Source of the DNA: Opitutales bacterium
GTDB lineage: Bacteria > Verrucomicrobiota > Verrucomicrobiia > Opitutales > JAFGAQ01
DNA: 46,925 nt
Reading direction: 5' to 3'
Assembly: GCA_016933595.1 (NCBI GenBank)
Contig: JAFGAQ010000024.1
Location: 1 to 46,925, forward strand
Shown here: positions 11,201-19,919 of the stretch, piece by piece
How the letters are laid out: each line of letters begins with the position of its first letter
Position numbering within the stretch: position 1 is the first letter of the stretch
Made by a program: the position numbers and the translations under genes
Notes under the pieces: model-generated
Databases searched by the model: none
The model's input: the letters and a program-made list of their open reading frames with translations, nothing else
What the model was told of the DNA's origin: nothing

Positions 11201-12295
11201 GTTTTGGATGGCCCCATTCCGGATGATGGACAGCCCATTATTGGTCCCTGCCCATATTCCGCCCTTTGGATCGGCCGATACGCAAAGCACTCCATTTGAC
11301 ACAAGCCCTTGCCGGGTGGAGATGGTGGGGAACCTCACATCGAGCAGCTGGGTAAGTCCGTCTGATGTCCCAATCCATATGCTCCCATCGGGTGTTTCGG
11401 CCAATGACAATACGTAATTGGATGCCAGTCCATCGTCTTGGGTGAACCGTTCCATGCGGCCTTGGAAGTACCGGACAACACCCTCTCCAAAGGTGCCCAA
11501 CCATACGGCTCCCTTACTGTCCACCATCACAGTTTGTGGCTGCCCAGGCAGCTCAGGACTCTTTATGAGCGCATTGTCGGGTCCAAAGGCGACAAAACCA
11601 CTCTGGGCGGGTGCGATCCAAACGTTACCGTTGCCTTCCACTGCAATGTCGTGGATGATATTGTCCGTGTAGTCCCTTCCTGTGAAAGGATGCCATTTCC
11701 CGTCATCAAACAACCAAATCCCGATTTCGGCCGTTCCCGCCCATATCCTGCCTTGTGGATCCTCGTGAAGGGAAAAAATGTCCGAGTTTCCCATTGGGGC
11801 GAGTTCCCATTTGGAGTTTTCAATGTCGACAGCTCTTGTGAAGAGTCCGGAAGTTGTTGCCGCATAGACGTTTCCGTTTGATGCTTCGATGACTTTTCTG
11901 TAGCGTATGGATGTGGTTTCCTGTATTTCAGGATCGTCAATGCGCGATATCGATTTCCCATCGAAAACGCAAAAGGCTCCGTCCATTCCGACCCACAGAC
12001 CACCATCGGATCGACGTGCCAGAGACCCGATCACACGGCTGCGCAAATCATCATCCGGTGGATTTGGCGGAGGGAGAAAGTCGACGCCGTCGAAAAGAAA
12101 CAACCCCTGTGCCATCCCGATCCAAAGGCTGCCATCCCGATCGACGGCAAGCGTATTGACCGTGTTAGCTGGTAATCCATTGTCCCGCTTCCATGTCCGC
12201 ACGTTGCTCTGCTGGATGCTTCGGTCGGGGTTGAGTGCCGAAAGCCCTGAAGTGCCGATTGCCAGACACAGCAGGATTATTCTCCGGATCATCAT
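8228..12295 (-). CDS. Hybrid sensor histidine kinase/response regulator with periplasmic beta-propeller and Y_Y_Y domains
   Basis: Likely start is ATG 12295/12292, giving the signal-like [20 protein letters not shown]; the ORF extends to 12355. It has a long two-component-regulator-propeller-type repeat region, a Y_Y_Y-type segment ([21 protein letters not shown]) and a TM segment ([15 protein letters not shown]). H-box [18 protein letters not shown] and ATPase G-box [19 protein letters not shown] ~200-aa receiver-like spacer precedes the C-terminal receiver ([13 protein letters not shown]...[14 protein letters not shown]). No HTH output domain. Confidence 0.85.
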   Translation of the reverse strand: MMIRRIILLCLAIGTSGLSALNPDRSIQQSNVRTWKRDNGLPANTVNTLAVDRDGSLWIGMAQGLFLFDGVDFLPPPNPPDDDLRSRVIGSLARRSDGGLWVGMDGAFCVFDGKSISRIDDPEIQETTSIRYRKVIEASNGNVYAATTSGLFTRAVDIENSKWELAPMGNSDIFSLHEDPQGRIWAGTAEIGIWLFDDGKWHPFTGRDYTDNIIHDIAVEGNGNVWIAPAQSGFVAFGPDNALIKSPELPGQPQTVMVDSKGAVWLGTFGEGVVRYFQGRMERFTQDDGLASNYVLSLAETPDGSIWIGTSDGLTQLLDVRFPTISTRQGLVSNGVLCVSADPKGGIWAGTNNGLSIIRNGAIQNYGLEGSQGFQSRWIKRIFFASNGDVFLFGARKNIDLFSTSKGAVIQSWSGETWPKVIVEDSSGILVAFGDNLMRLKDGAFLPYFLKNGQAVSVPWINEMIVTQDGSIWMVCEAGVFRINEGVMENLTEKFGYPPTRYYYLVLDDEGNVWAAQHNGISRVTDDGIVTLTRASGLHSDYVYAIIPDGKGGFWMDSNRGIFRVDQQEMNAVADGTIPLLRCEVYEGRNAVKSNDKISIEYSGARSTDGKIWFPSSSGVIMIDPDKVNHTSIPPSTSITQIRINGRHYDFESNPPIEPGPGNLEFDYSTIDYRAPHEVTYRYKLDGFDSDWVEAGARKSAFYTNLSPGTYTFHVQARNSEGIREKSGARLSITLPHRLHETPAFRAGAILLLAALVGYIVWMRHIHLDRLRIRQSHELMETNVRIRTAELAEANASLRMEIEERKRAQAEAERLQDELRIAAEVAQEASSVKSQFLANMSHEIRTPMNGIIGMSNLLLGTALDPQQKEFAETTRNSAESLLAILNDILDLSKMEAGKLRFESVVFDLSETVEESLELMAIRACEKGVEMACLVDPELPSKWVGDPGRIRQVLVNLTANAIKFTEKGSVTISVKPLQEDSGENLRFEIKDTGIGIPEETQRKLFRPFTQADNSTTRRYGGTGLGLAISREIVEQMNGHIGVESREGAGSTFWFTIQLQPHAQNTESTDPSSQIDLLRGHSALAFCDSELTEQVLQHHATAWGISLTISKDYAHAGSIVSDNALSANPAQWVIIALRLSEYAGMECLRSIAKHLQAIPESKPKPSLILLTSLEHRIDLGSAQKHCLQGILTLPIRRNALREILLAPFQKQSPKEKPKIRRTSRKHADGKTHEIRILVAEDNRVNQRVIELQLKKAGFRAELVANGREAIAALENGPYDIVFMDCQMPVMDGYEATRAIRKNPQIEDIHIIAMTANTMEGDREKCLDAGMDDYLPKPTRETELLATLERAQKAIESR

Positions 12296-12514
12296 GCCGG
12301 AGCCGATTCCAAAACGCCGGGTAGCCCACGGTTCAATCGGATGTCTATTCACCATCAGGGTTCGGATATATCTAACGGGCGAACACTGTAAGAGATCGCC
12401 CGACTCGATAATCGGTTGATCGTATCGATCCTTTAGGTATAGAGGAGACTAATATTAGAAAAACTATTGATCCGGAAGATGATCATTGTGATGGAAACCA
12501 GCACAATAGCCCTG

Positions 12515-13546
12515 TCAGACAGGAACCAGTGACGCTTCTTTCCAAAGGCTGTCAATCAGGTGGACCGTCGGATAATCGACCATCCCGCGCTGATTGGTTC
12601 GCATCAAACCGGTGACACGATCGACGGCGTAGCGTCCAACCGCCTCGTGGTTTTGCAAAACTCCGGTTTGGGATTCATCGAAATGATCGATATCAAGCGG
12701 GTAGAGAACAACATCGCGACCGGATCTTCTGCGGATTTCATCCATCTTGGGGATGAGCTCAATCCAATTCGTCACCATCACCTCGACTTCGTATTGCTTA
12801 AGCCACGAAATAATCTCGGCACAATCCTGTTCGAGATCCTTTCCCGGAATCACCTTCAGGGGAATCCGATCTGACTCTGGGAAAATGGTTTGCCCGACGT
12901 AGTAACCCGCTGAAAACAGGTTTCGGGTGTGGGCCTCATCGTGTTCACCGGTTACCATTCCTACCCTGCGGTAGCCTTTTTCCCCGGCTTTCTCGATCGC
13001 GAGCCGCGTGGCCTGCATCTGATTGTTTTCAACAACGTCAAACCGCAGGTTGAAAGGAAGCATTTCAATCTTGATCACACTGTAGTATTCCCAGGAAAGC
13101 GAAAGGTCGGTCTTGTGGGTGAAAGCCGCAATGATCAATCCGCTGATGTTCCGGGTGAGCAGAATGCGATCCAAGGATTTGGAACTGTAATTGCCGGGGC
13201 TATAGTAAAACGGCTCAATCTTGTAACCGAGTTCGTTTGCCCGTCGTTTGGCGCTCTGCAGGAAAAGCATGCGTGGCTGGGAGTTCCGGAGCTGGGCATC
13301 TCCCTCGAGGTCCATGATGTATCCGATGGTCGGTGGAGCTTTGTTCTCCTGATGGTGTTGCCGGTAGGCAATCAGGGAGGACAGCATGGGATCCGGTTTG
13401 TAGCCCAAGAGCCTGGCTGCTTCGTGTATTTTCTCCCGTGTCGCTTTGGGAATGCTGGGGTGATTCCTGAGGGCGAGCGATACCGTTGTTTGATGTACGC
13501 CCACACTGGCGGCGACATCTTTCATGGTGATGCGTCTGGAGAGCAT
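12515..13546 (-). CDS. LacI-family transcriptional regulator
   Basis: N-terminal HTH MKDVAASVGVHQTTVSLALRNHPSIPKATREKIHEAARLLGYKPDP followed by a periplasmic-binding-protein-like sugar-binding fold. Start trimmed to ATG 13546 (or 13525). The 5' extension of the ORF to 13912 has no LacI-like sequence and would overlap the divergent GH43 gene. Confidence 0.85.
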   Translation of the reverse strand: MLSRRITMKDVAASVGVHQTTVSLALRNHPSIPKATREKIHEAARLLGYKPDPMLSSLIAYRQHHQENKAPPTIGYIMDLEGDAQLRNSQPRMLFLQSAKRRANELGYKIEPFYYSPGNYSSKSLDRILLTRNISGLIIAAFTHKTDLSLSWEYYSVIKIEMLPFNLRFDVVENNQMQATRLAIEKAGEKGYRRVGMVTGEHDEAHTRNLFSAGYYVGQTIFPESDRIPLKVIPGKDLEQDCAEIISWLKQYEVEVMVTNWIELIPKMDEIRRRSGRDVVLYPLDIDHFDESQTGVLQNHEAVGRYAVDRVTGLMRTNQRGMVDYPTVHLIDSLWKEASLVPV

Positions 13547-13586
13547 GGGATAATGCGATAGTGAGAAATAGGGTGTTGTTAAGGAA

Positions 13587-13596
13587 AAACCGGTTT
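13587..13596. promoter_or_regulatory. Perfect 10-bp palindrome AAACCGGTTT in the LacI/GH43 divergent promoter region (candidate operator core)
   Basis: Read directly; lies 41 nt upstream of the LacI ATG 13546. The central CG is typical of LacI-family operators. Only a 10-bp core is symmetric. Confidence 0.25.
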
Positions 13597-13739
13597 GGAA
13601 TGCCCCCAATCTATGGCATGGAACAATCCCGGGGCAATGAAAAACCTCATGTGCGGTCTGGATGCGTTTGACAAGCCGCGCATGCATTCCAAAGGTCTGA
13701 ATCTGAGTGCCTTTTGTGAACCCGCCCATACCCCCGATT

Positions 13740-15773
13740 ATGCGAACTGAATCAAAAATGAAGCATGGTGTTTTCCCGTTTTGGGCGATGTTTGTGCCTT
13801 TGATGCGGGCATTGATCGCCGCTGTGGCGGTTGTCTGTGTATCGAACGGTGCGATTGGCCAGGAGGTAGGTGGTTTTCTGTTTGCGACCTTCCGGAGCGG
13901 GGGTGGGCCCATGGCCGAGCAAGTCTATTTTGGATTCAGCAGCGATGGTCGCAATTGGAGTGCGCTTAACGATGGGCGTCCTGTTCTGGTGAGCGAGATG
14001 GGAGAGCTCGGGGTGCGTGATCCCTATTTGTTCCGCTCCCACGAGGGTGACAAGTTCTTCCTCATCGCCACCGATCTTTCCATGCACCACAAGCGCGATT
14101 GGGATCTGGCTGTGAAGGCGGGTAGCCGTTCGCTTGTGATATGGGAGTCCACCGACTTGTTGCACTGGTCGGAGCCACGGCTGGTTCAGGTGGCTCCGGA
14201 TGACGCCGGTTGTGCGTGGGCTCCGGAGGCAATCTACGACGCGGAAAATGGAAACTACATTGTGTTTTGGGCTTCCACAACCGCGGGAGACGGGTATGAA
14301 AAACACCGGATTTGGGCCGCACGCACGGAGGATTTCCGTTCGTTTGGAGAACCGTTTGTTTTCGTGGACAAGCCGACTACGGTCATCGACACCACGATCG
14401 TTCATGATGGTCATCGGTATCATCGTTTCTCGAAGGATGAGAAGTTCAAAGCCATCACACAGGAGTCGGCGGACAAGCTATCCGGACCATGGGTGGAAAA
14501 TCCTGATTTTTCGTTGGCAACGCTTGTTGGATACGAAGGTCCCCAGTGTTATTTGATTGAGCCGGGAATGGATGACCAACCTCCGACATGGGGCCTGATC
14601 CTGGATCACTATGCGAAGGGGATGGGGTATCAGCCTTTTGTCTCCCGTGATCTGGTATCGGGACAGTTCGAACCGGCGGCGGGCTTTTCTTTTCCATTTC
14701 CTTTCCGGCATGGATCCATTCTCACCCTGACTCCAGAGGAATACGCCCGGCTCAAGGATGCGGATGCATCGGGTCGCGGCATCGGAGTTGACGCATCCGC
14801 AGATTTGCCCTTGTCGTCGCACTGGAATAACCCCATCGTGCCGCAACGGGCGGATCCGCACGTGTTCCTTCACGGCGATGGTTACTACTACCTTGCGGCC
14901 ACTGTGCCGGAATATGATCGCATTGAGATCAGGCGGGCACGCACGCTGGGTGGGCTTTCATATGCCACTCCGAAAGCGATCTGGCGCAAACATGAAAAGG
15001 GCGAGATGGGAGCTCACATCTGGGCGCCGGAGATTCACCATATCGATGGTAAATGGTATGTGTATTTCTCGGCCGGGGAGGCGGAAAAACGATGGGCGAT
15101 CCGTCTGTGGGTGCTGGAATGCGAGGGTCAAAACCCCCTTTCCGACACATGGACTGAGAGGGGAAAGCTCAAGGTTGGATGGGAGTCTTTTACTCTTGAT
15201 GCAACTACCTTTGCCCACAATGGACAGCGCTATCTGGTTTGGACGCAGGATGAACCCGGGGTTCGTGGGACCAATCTCTATATTGCCAAAATGGATAGTC
15301 CCACTTCAATTATCGGAAAAATCACCAAACTCACCCAGCCCGACTTGGAATGGGAGCAGCGCGGGCATTGGGTGAACGAAGCCCCCTCGGTTCTCATCCG
15401 TAATGGACGGTTTTGGATGACGTACTCCGCCAGTGCGACTGACGCCAACTACTGCCTGGGCCTGCTTTCCGCGCCGGAGGATGCGGACTTGCTCGATCCC
15501 GCTTCATGGACCAAGAGCCCTCAACCGGTTTTCAGGAGTGATGCTGGAAACAGTCAGTTCGGCCCCGGACATAATTGCTTCACCACGACTCCATGTGGCC
15601 GTATCGACATAATGGTGTATCACGCCCGAAACTACGAACACATCGATGGCGAACCGCTGGTGAATCCGGATCGGGCCACCCGTGCTCAAATCCTGCGATG
15701 GCGGGATGATGGCAGTCCGGACTTTGGCGTTCCGGTGGCGGATGGACCTTACCGCATCGACGCAGAAGATTGA
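13740..15773 (+). CDS. Secreted tandem GH43 glycoside hydrolase (two GH43-like propeller modules; arabinofuranosidase/arabinanase/xylosidase type)
   Basis: Both halves look like GH43 five-bladed propellers. N-terminal half: VRDPYLFRSHEGDKFFLIATD, WAPEAIYD. C-terminal half: NPIVPQRADPHVFLHGDGYYYLAATV, WAPEIHHIDGKWYVYFSAG, GPGHNCF. The hydrophobic signal-like segment follows ATG 13740/13758; the ORF-track start 13707 is GTG. Confidence 0.75.
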   Translation: MRTESKMKHGVFPFWAMFVPLMRALIAAVAVVCVSNGAIGQEVGGFLFATFRSGGGPMAEQVYFGFSSDGRNWSALNDGRPVLVSEMGELGVRDPYLFRSHEGDKFFLIATDLSMHHKRDWDLAVKAGSRSLVIWESTDLLHWSEPRLVQVAPDDAGCAWAPEAIYDAENGNYIVFWASTTAGDGYEKHRIWAARTEDFRSFGEPFVFVDKPTTVIDTTIVHDGHRYHRFSKDEKFKAITQESADKLSGPWVENPDFSLATLVGYEGPQCYLIEPGMDDQPPTWGLILDHYAKGMGYQPFVSRDLVSGQFEPAAGFSFPFPFRHGSILTLTPEEYARLKDADASGRGIGVDASADLPLSSHWNNPIVPQRADPHVFLHGDGYYYLAATVPEYDRIEIRRARTLGGLSYATPKAIWRKHEKGEMGAHIWAPEIHHIDGKWYVYFSAGEAEKRWAIRLWVLECEGQNPLSDTWTERGKLKVGWESFTLDATTFAHNGQRYLVWTQDEPGVRGTNLYIAKMDSPTSIIGKITKLTQPDLEWEQRGHWVNEAPSVLIRNGRFWMTYSASATDANYCLGLLSAPEDADLLDPASWTKSPQPVFRSDAGNSQFGPGHNCFTTTPCGRIDIMVYHARNYEHIDGEPLVNPDRATRAQILRWRDDGSPDFGVPVADGPYRIDAED

Positions 15774-15807
15774 GTTGGGAGCTCGGGTTCAGGTGAAGCG
15801 GTGTTGA

Positions 15808-15820
15808 GTTGACAGTAAGA
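15808..15820. promoter_or_regulatory. Operator-like motif GTTGAC-A-GTAAGA (member of the recurring nnTkAC-N-GTmAGA family)
   Basis: Centre is 55 nt upstream of ATG 15869. The right half GTAAGA and the AC-N-GT core are shared with five other intergenic sites in this window. Confidence 0.3.
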
Positions 15821-15868
15821 ATTTGTGCCGCTTGCGCCGGATGGATTGCGGCGTAGGTTAGCATCACT

Positions 15869-17221
15869 ATGACAAAATCCCCTACGTTGTTATTCCCGCT
15901 CGCCCTGTTTTGTTTCAGCGCGGTAGCCGCTTCTTTGAGCGCCCAAATCGGGACCCGCTTTGAATCGGAACGCCGTGTGGTTCAGGACCCGGTTACCGGT
16001 AACGATCTCATTTTTGTTACCAGCAAGCCTGCCGGTGATTCCAAAATCTATCAGACCCAGCCCCAATGGACCTCGGATGGCGAATGGATGGTGTTCCGTT
16101 CGCGTCGGGTTCCAGGTGAAGCGATCGCGGTGCATGAAGACAGCGGGGTGATGGTGCAAGTGACCGAAGGCGGCTACATCGGGATGCTGAACATTGCCCG
16201 CAAGTCCATGCACCTCTACCTGATTCGTGATCCGGGTGCAGCACCTGACCAGCGTCCGGAAACCCCGCGGGGCGACTTGCAACTCGTCTGTGTTGATCTC
16301 GGGAAGCTTTTTGCCGATAGCGAATCGGGAAAACTGTCGGGCGCCGATGCATACCAGAAGGTGGTTGGAATCATTCCTGCGGAGATGGAGTCAGGAGGCG
16401 ACATGACCATCGATGCGGATGAAGCGATTGCCTATTTCCGTGTCGGGCGTGGATATGCGGAACGTTTCCTGCCCGAAGGGGTGGTGCCAGAAGAGAACTT
16501 TGGCCCACGTAACATGGGAAAGGGACCGACCGGTATCGCGAAAATGAATCTGACGAACGGAAAAATTGACTATGTGGCGTCCGTTCCATTTCAGGCCGGG
16601 CACATCCAGGCGAATCCCTGGGTGTCGGGAGAAATATTCTTCTGCTGGGAAACTGGCGGAAAGGCTCCGACCCGGGTGTGGACAATCAAGGGCGATGGCA
16701 CCGGATTGCGTCCTGTTTACAATGAACCGTCACACGATTGGGTGACGCATGAGGCCGTCATTTCTCCGGATGAGATCGCAGTGGCGATTTTGGGACATCG
16801 TCCCATTGGATTCAAAGATGACTGGGGTGTCTGTGGATCCCGTGAGTTCGCGACCGGTTTGGGCATCATCAACGTCCGCACGGGTCATATGCGCATCGAG
16901 GGCCAGACCAAGAAGGGTAGCGGGTTGTGGCACGTTCACGGATCTCCCGATGGTCGCTTCGCGGTGGGCGATGATTTTTCCAGAAGCATCTGGTTGGTGG
17001 ATCGGAGGAATGGAGAGATGATGCTGTTGTCAACCGGCCATAAACCCAGTGCTGCCGATCATCCTCATCCGACATTCAGCCCGTGCGGAACCAAGATCCA
17101 GATCCAATCGGCTATGCTCTCGGAAGATGACAAAAGCATGAATATTGTGGTGATTCCAGTTCCCGAAAGCTGGTTGAAACGGGATTTCCCGGTATACGAT
17201 CTTCCGGAAGGCAACTATTGA
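15869..17221 (+). CDS. Secreted TolB-like beta-propeller protein, oligogalacturonate lyase (PL22)-like
   Basis: Signal peptide MTKSPTLLFPLALFCFSAVAASLSAQ. The propeller-type N-terminus (IYQTQPQWTSDGEWMVFRS) and the C-terminal HPHPTFSPCGTKIQIQS (HxH plus FSPDG-like) resemble the PL22 family as I remember it. The family call is from memory only. Confidence 0.5.
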   Translation: MTKSPTLLFPLALFCFSAVAASLSAQIGTRFESERRVVQDPVTGNDLIFVTSKPAGDSKIYQTQPQWTSDGEWMVFRSRRVPGEAIAVHEDSGVMVQVTEGGYIGMLNIARKSMHLYLIRDPGAAPDQRPETPRGDLQLVCVDLGKLFADSESGKLSGADAYQKVVGIIPAEMESGGDMTIDADEAIAYFRVGRGYAERFLPEGVVPEENFGPRNMGKGPTGIAKMNLTNGKIDYVASVPFQAGHIQANPWVSGEIFFCWETGGKAPTRVWTIKGDGTGLRPVYNEPSHDWVTHEAVISPDEIAVAILGHRPIGFKDDWGVCGSREFATGLGIINVRTGHMRIEGQTKKGSGLWHVHGSPDGRFAVGDDFSRSIWLVDRRNGEMMLLSTGHKPSAADHPHPTFSPCGTKIQIQSAMLSEDDKSMNIVVIPVPESWLKRDFPVYDLPEGNY

Positions 17222-17236
17222 GTGTAGTTGATTCTC

Positions 17237-17270
17237 AGGCCGATGAGCAGAGGTGTTCATCGGCCTTTTC
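17237..17270 (+). terminator. Rho-independent terminator after the PL22-like gene
   Basis: 10-bp stem AGGCCGATGA / TCATCGGCCT with a 10-nt loop, followed by TTTT; starts 16 nt after the stop codon. Confidence 0.6.
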
Positions 17271-17326
17271 CTATCCTGCTTCCTTTCGGGTTCAATGCAT
17301 AGGCGGCCCGGTTGTTTGTCCATATC

Positions 17327-19813
17327 ATGATCATGAACTACCCACGTGTTTCTCATCTTTTTGCGTTTTGTGCTCTCGCTTGTTCTGTTTGCGAAGGCGT
17401 TACGGCCACTCCGGATGCTGGGGAGACAAAAGCGTTCTCCTCCATGATCCGCGAAGGCTGGATCGACTTTAACAAGAATGGGGAGCTTGATGTGTATGAG
17501 GATCCGGGGCAAACGGAGGCGGCGCGCATCGAGGATCTACTCAGCCGTATGACGGTGGATGAGAAAACCGCGCAGATGACGACCCTTTACGGATTTCCGC
17601 GTATTCTTAAGGATGAATTGCCGCAGACTGAATGGGATTCGCGCATGTGGAAGGATGGGATCGGCAACATCGACGAGCACATCAACGGCAACGAAGGCTG
17701 GGCGGGAAACCTGCCCGATCCCTACAATGACCTGCCATGGGAGCGTCACGTGGATGCGCTGCACTTGGTGCAGCGATGGTTTATGGAACACACCCGCTTG
17801 GGCATTCCAGTGGATTTCACAAACGAAGGTATTCGTGGGCTGATGCATTCGAGGGCGACGAGTTTTCCCGCGCAGTTGGGAGTTGCCAGCACCTGGAATA
17901 AGGAGCTGGTGCGTGAGATCGGGCGTGTGACGGGTGCAGAGGCGAAGGCATTGGGATACACCAACGTGTATTCTCCGGTTCTTGATGTTTCCCGGGATCC
18001 GCGATGGGGACGTATCATTGAGAGCTATGGGGAGGACCCTTTTCTTGTTTCTGAGTTGGGACTCCAGCAGATACTGGGGCTTCAGGAACAGGGGGTGGCC
18101 TCGTCTCCCAAACACTTTGCCGTCTATGGCATTCCCAAAGGTGGGCGGGATGGCCATGCCCGGACAGATCCGCACGCAACATGGAGTGATGTTCAAACGA
18201 TTTACCTTGCACCATTCCGGAAGGCAGTGAGGGAAGGGGGCATTCTGGGTATCATGGCATCATACAACGACTATGATGGGGTTCCGGTTCAGGGCAGCCG
18301 CTTGTTTCTGACAGACATTCTGCGCAAGGAATGGGGATTCGAGGGGTATGTGGTGTCCGACAGTGCTGCTGTGGAATTTATCCACCTGAAGCACCGGGTC
18401 GCGCCGACTGCGGACGAGGCGATCCGGCTGGCGGTGGAGGCCGGTTTGAATGTGCGCACCAATTTCACGGAGCCTGAGGAGTATGTGGATCCTTTGCGGA
18501 TGCTGATCCGGACCGGCAGGTTGTCGATGGAGGTTATCGATGCCCGTGTGCGGGATATCCTCCGGGTGAAATTCCGTTTAGGGCTGTTCGATCATCCCTT
18601 GTCTCCCGATTCATCTCAGGTCGGGCAGCTCGTGCGCAATCTTCAGCATCTGGAGGTTGCCGCCCAAACCGACCGGGAGTCCATTATTCTGCTCAAAAAT
18701 GACGACGGATTGTTGCCTTTGGACAAGAATACGCTCAAGCGGGTTCTCGTGACGGGTCCGATGGCCGATGATGAGCGGGCATGGTGGAGCCGTTACGGAG
18801 CACAGCGTCTCGGTTTTGTAACACCGCTTGAAGGGATTCGGGAGGCGCTGAGAGGTGTTGCTGAGGTGCACTATCAGAAGGGCGTGGATGTCGTGGATGC
18901 CGGTTGGCCCGAAAGCGACGTTTACAAAAAAGACCCTGACCATGGTGTCAGGGCCGGTATTCTGGCTGAGGTAAAAGCGGCTGCGGATGTGGATGTGATC
19001 ATTGCCTGCATGGGGGAATCCGATGCACAGTGTAGGGAGTCCAGCAGTCGGATCAGTCTCGATTTGCCAGGGTATCAGGATGATCTGCTCCGGGCACTCC
19101 ATGCTACCGGCAAGCCGGTGGTATTGGTTCTCTCCAATGGTCGGCCGTTAAGTGTGCAGTTTGCCGCACGGGAAATCCCTGCAATTCTGGAAATGTGGTT
19201 TCCAGGGGAAGAGGGGGGGCATGCATTGGCCGATGTCCTGTTTGGACGATACAACCCGGCTGGTCGTCTTCCGGTAACGGTTCCCCAGTCGGTTGGGCAG
19301 TTGCCCTTCAATTTTCCCTATAAGCCGGGTAGTCAGGACCAGGATTATGGTCAGGTGCACGGGCCGCTCTTTCCGTTTGGACACGGTTTGAGTTACACGA
19401 CTTTTGCGTATGATGCCCTTTCCATTTCGCCTACCCGTGCAAAGGCGGATGAAACGGTTTGCGTGAAGCTGACGGTTACCAATACGGGTGATATCGCTGG
19501 AGATGAAGTGGTGCAGCTCTACTTGCGCGACGACTACAGCAGTGTCACCACTTGGGATCTGCGGCTGGTGGGGTTTGAGCGGATCCATCTCGCTGCGGGT
19601 GAAACGCTACCGGTCCGGTTTGAGATCAAACGGGAACATCTTGAGCTTTTCAATGCTGATCAAGAATGGGTTGTTGAGCCTGGGCGCTTCACCTTGATGG
19701 TGGGGGCTTCGTCGACAGATTTGCGTTTGACGGGTCAGTTCGGGATCGAATCGGAGGAGGGTGAAATGCCTCGTGAAGATCCGTTGCCGGGTCAAACCGT
19801 GGATCCGATATGA
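17327..19813 (+). CDS. GH3 beta-glucosidase/beta-xylosidase-type exo-glycosidase with C-terminal Fn3-like domain
   Basis: Lead-in DFNKNGELDVYED...LLSRMTVDEKTAQM, then DPRWGRIIESYGEDPFL and VVSDSAAVEF (nucleophile region). C-terminal HGLSYTTFAY...EVVQLYLRD. ORF-track start 17312 is TTG; ATGs at 17327/17333 precede the signal-like MNYPRVSHLFAFCALACSVC. Confidence 0.85.
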   Translation: MIMNYPRVSHLFAFCALACSVCEGVTATPDAGETKAFSSMIREGWIDFNKNGELDVYEDPGQTEAARIEDLLSRMTVDEKTAQMTTLYGFPRILKDELPQTEWDSRMWKDGIGNIDEHINGNEGWAGNLPDPYNDLPWERHVDALHLVQRWFMEHTRLGIPVDFTNEGIRGLMHSRATSFPAQLGVASTWNKELVREIGRVTGAEAKALGYTNVYSPVLDVSRDPRWGRIIESYGEDPFLVSELGLQQILGLQEQGVASSPKHFAVYGIPKGGRDGHARTDPHATWSDVQTIYLAPFRKAVREGGILGIMASYNDYDGVPVQGSRLFLTDILRKEWGFEGYVVSDSAAVEFIHLKHRVAPTADEAIRLAVEAGLNVRTNFTEPEEYVDPLRMLIRTGRLSMEVIDARVRDILRVKFRLGLFDHPLSPDSSQVGQLVRNLQHLEVAAQTDRESIILLKNDDGLLPLDKNTLKRVLVTGPMADDERAWWSRYGAQRLGFVTPLEGIREALRGVAEVHYQKGVDVVDAGWPESDVYKKDPDHGVRAGILAEVKAAADVDVIIACMGESDAQCRESSSRISLDLPGYQDDLLRALHATGKPVVLVLSNGRPLSVQFAAREIPAILEMWFPGEEGGHALADVLFGRYNPAGRLPVTVPQSVGQLPFNFPYKPGSQDQDYGQVHGPLFPFGHGLSYTTFAYDALSISPTRAKADETVCVKLTVTNTGDIAGDEVVQLYLRDDYSSVTTWDLRLVGFERIHLAAGETLPVRFEIKREHLELFNADQEWVVEPGRFTLMVGASSTDLRLTGQFGIESEEGEMPREDPLPGQTVDPI

Positions 19814-19919
19814 ACAGGGTGCCAGCCCGCGAAACCATGGCCAACCCGCAAGTGCTTTGTGCCGGTAGTTTTTTAGCTATCCCCGTGTCGGCTACAGATT
19901 AACCTACAGCCATAAATAC

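Noticed and set aside
13547-13912. 5' extensions of ORF-track models (LacI to 13912, rhaM to 37839, esterase from 23232, symporter to 34567, kinase to 12355)
   Set aside because: In each case the recognisable domain or signal peptide begins at an internal ATG. The extension has no family-like sequence, and several extensions would overlap neighbouring genes.
15809-15814. TTGACA within the operator-like sites (15809, 28981) read as sigma70 -35 boxes
   Set aside because: No acceptable -10 hexamer lies 16-18 nt downstream at either site. The conserved part of the motif is the palindromic AC-N-GTmAGA, not the TTGACA.
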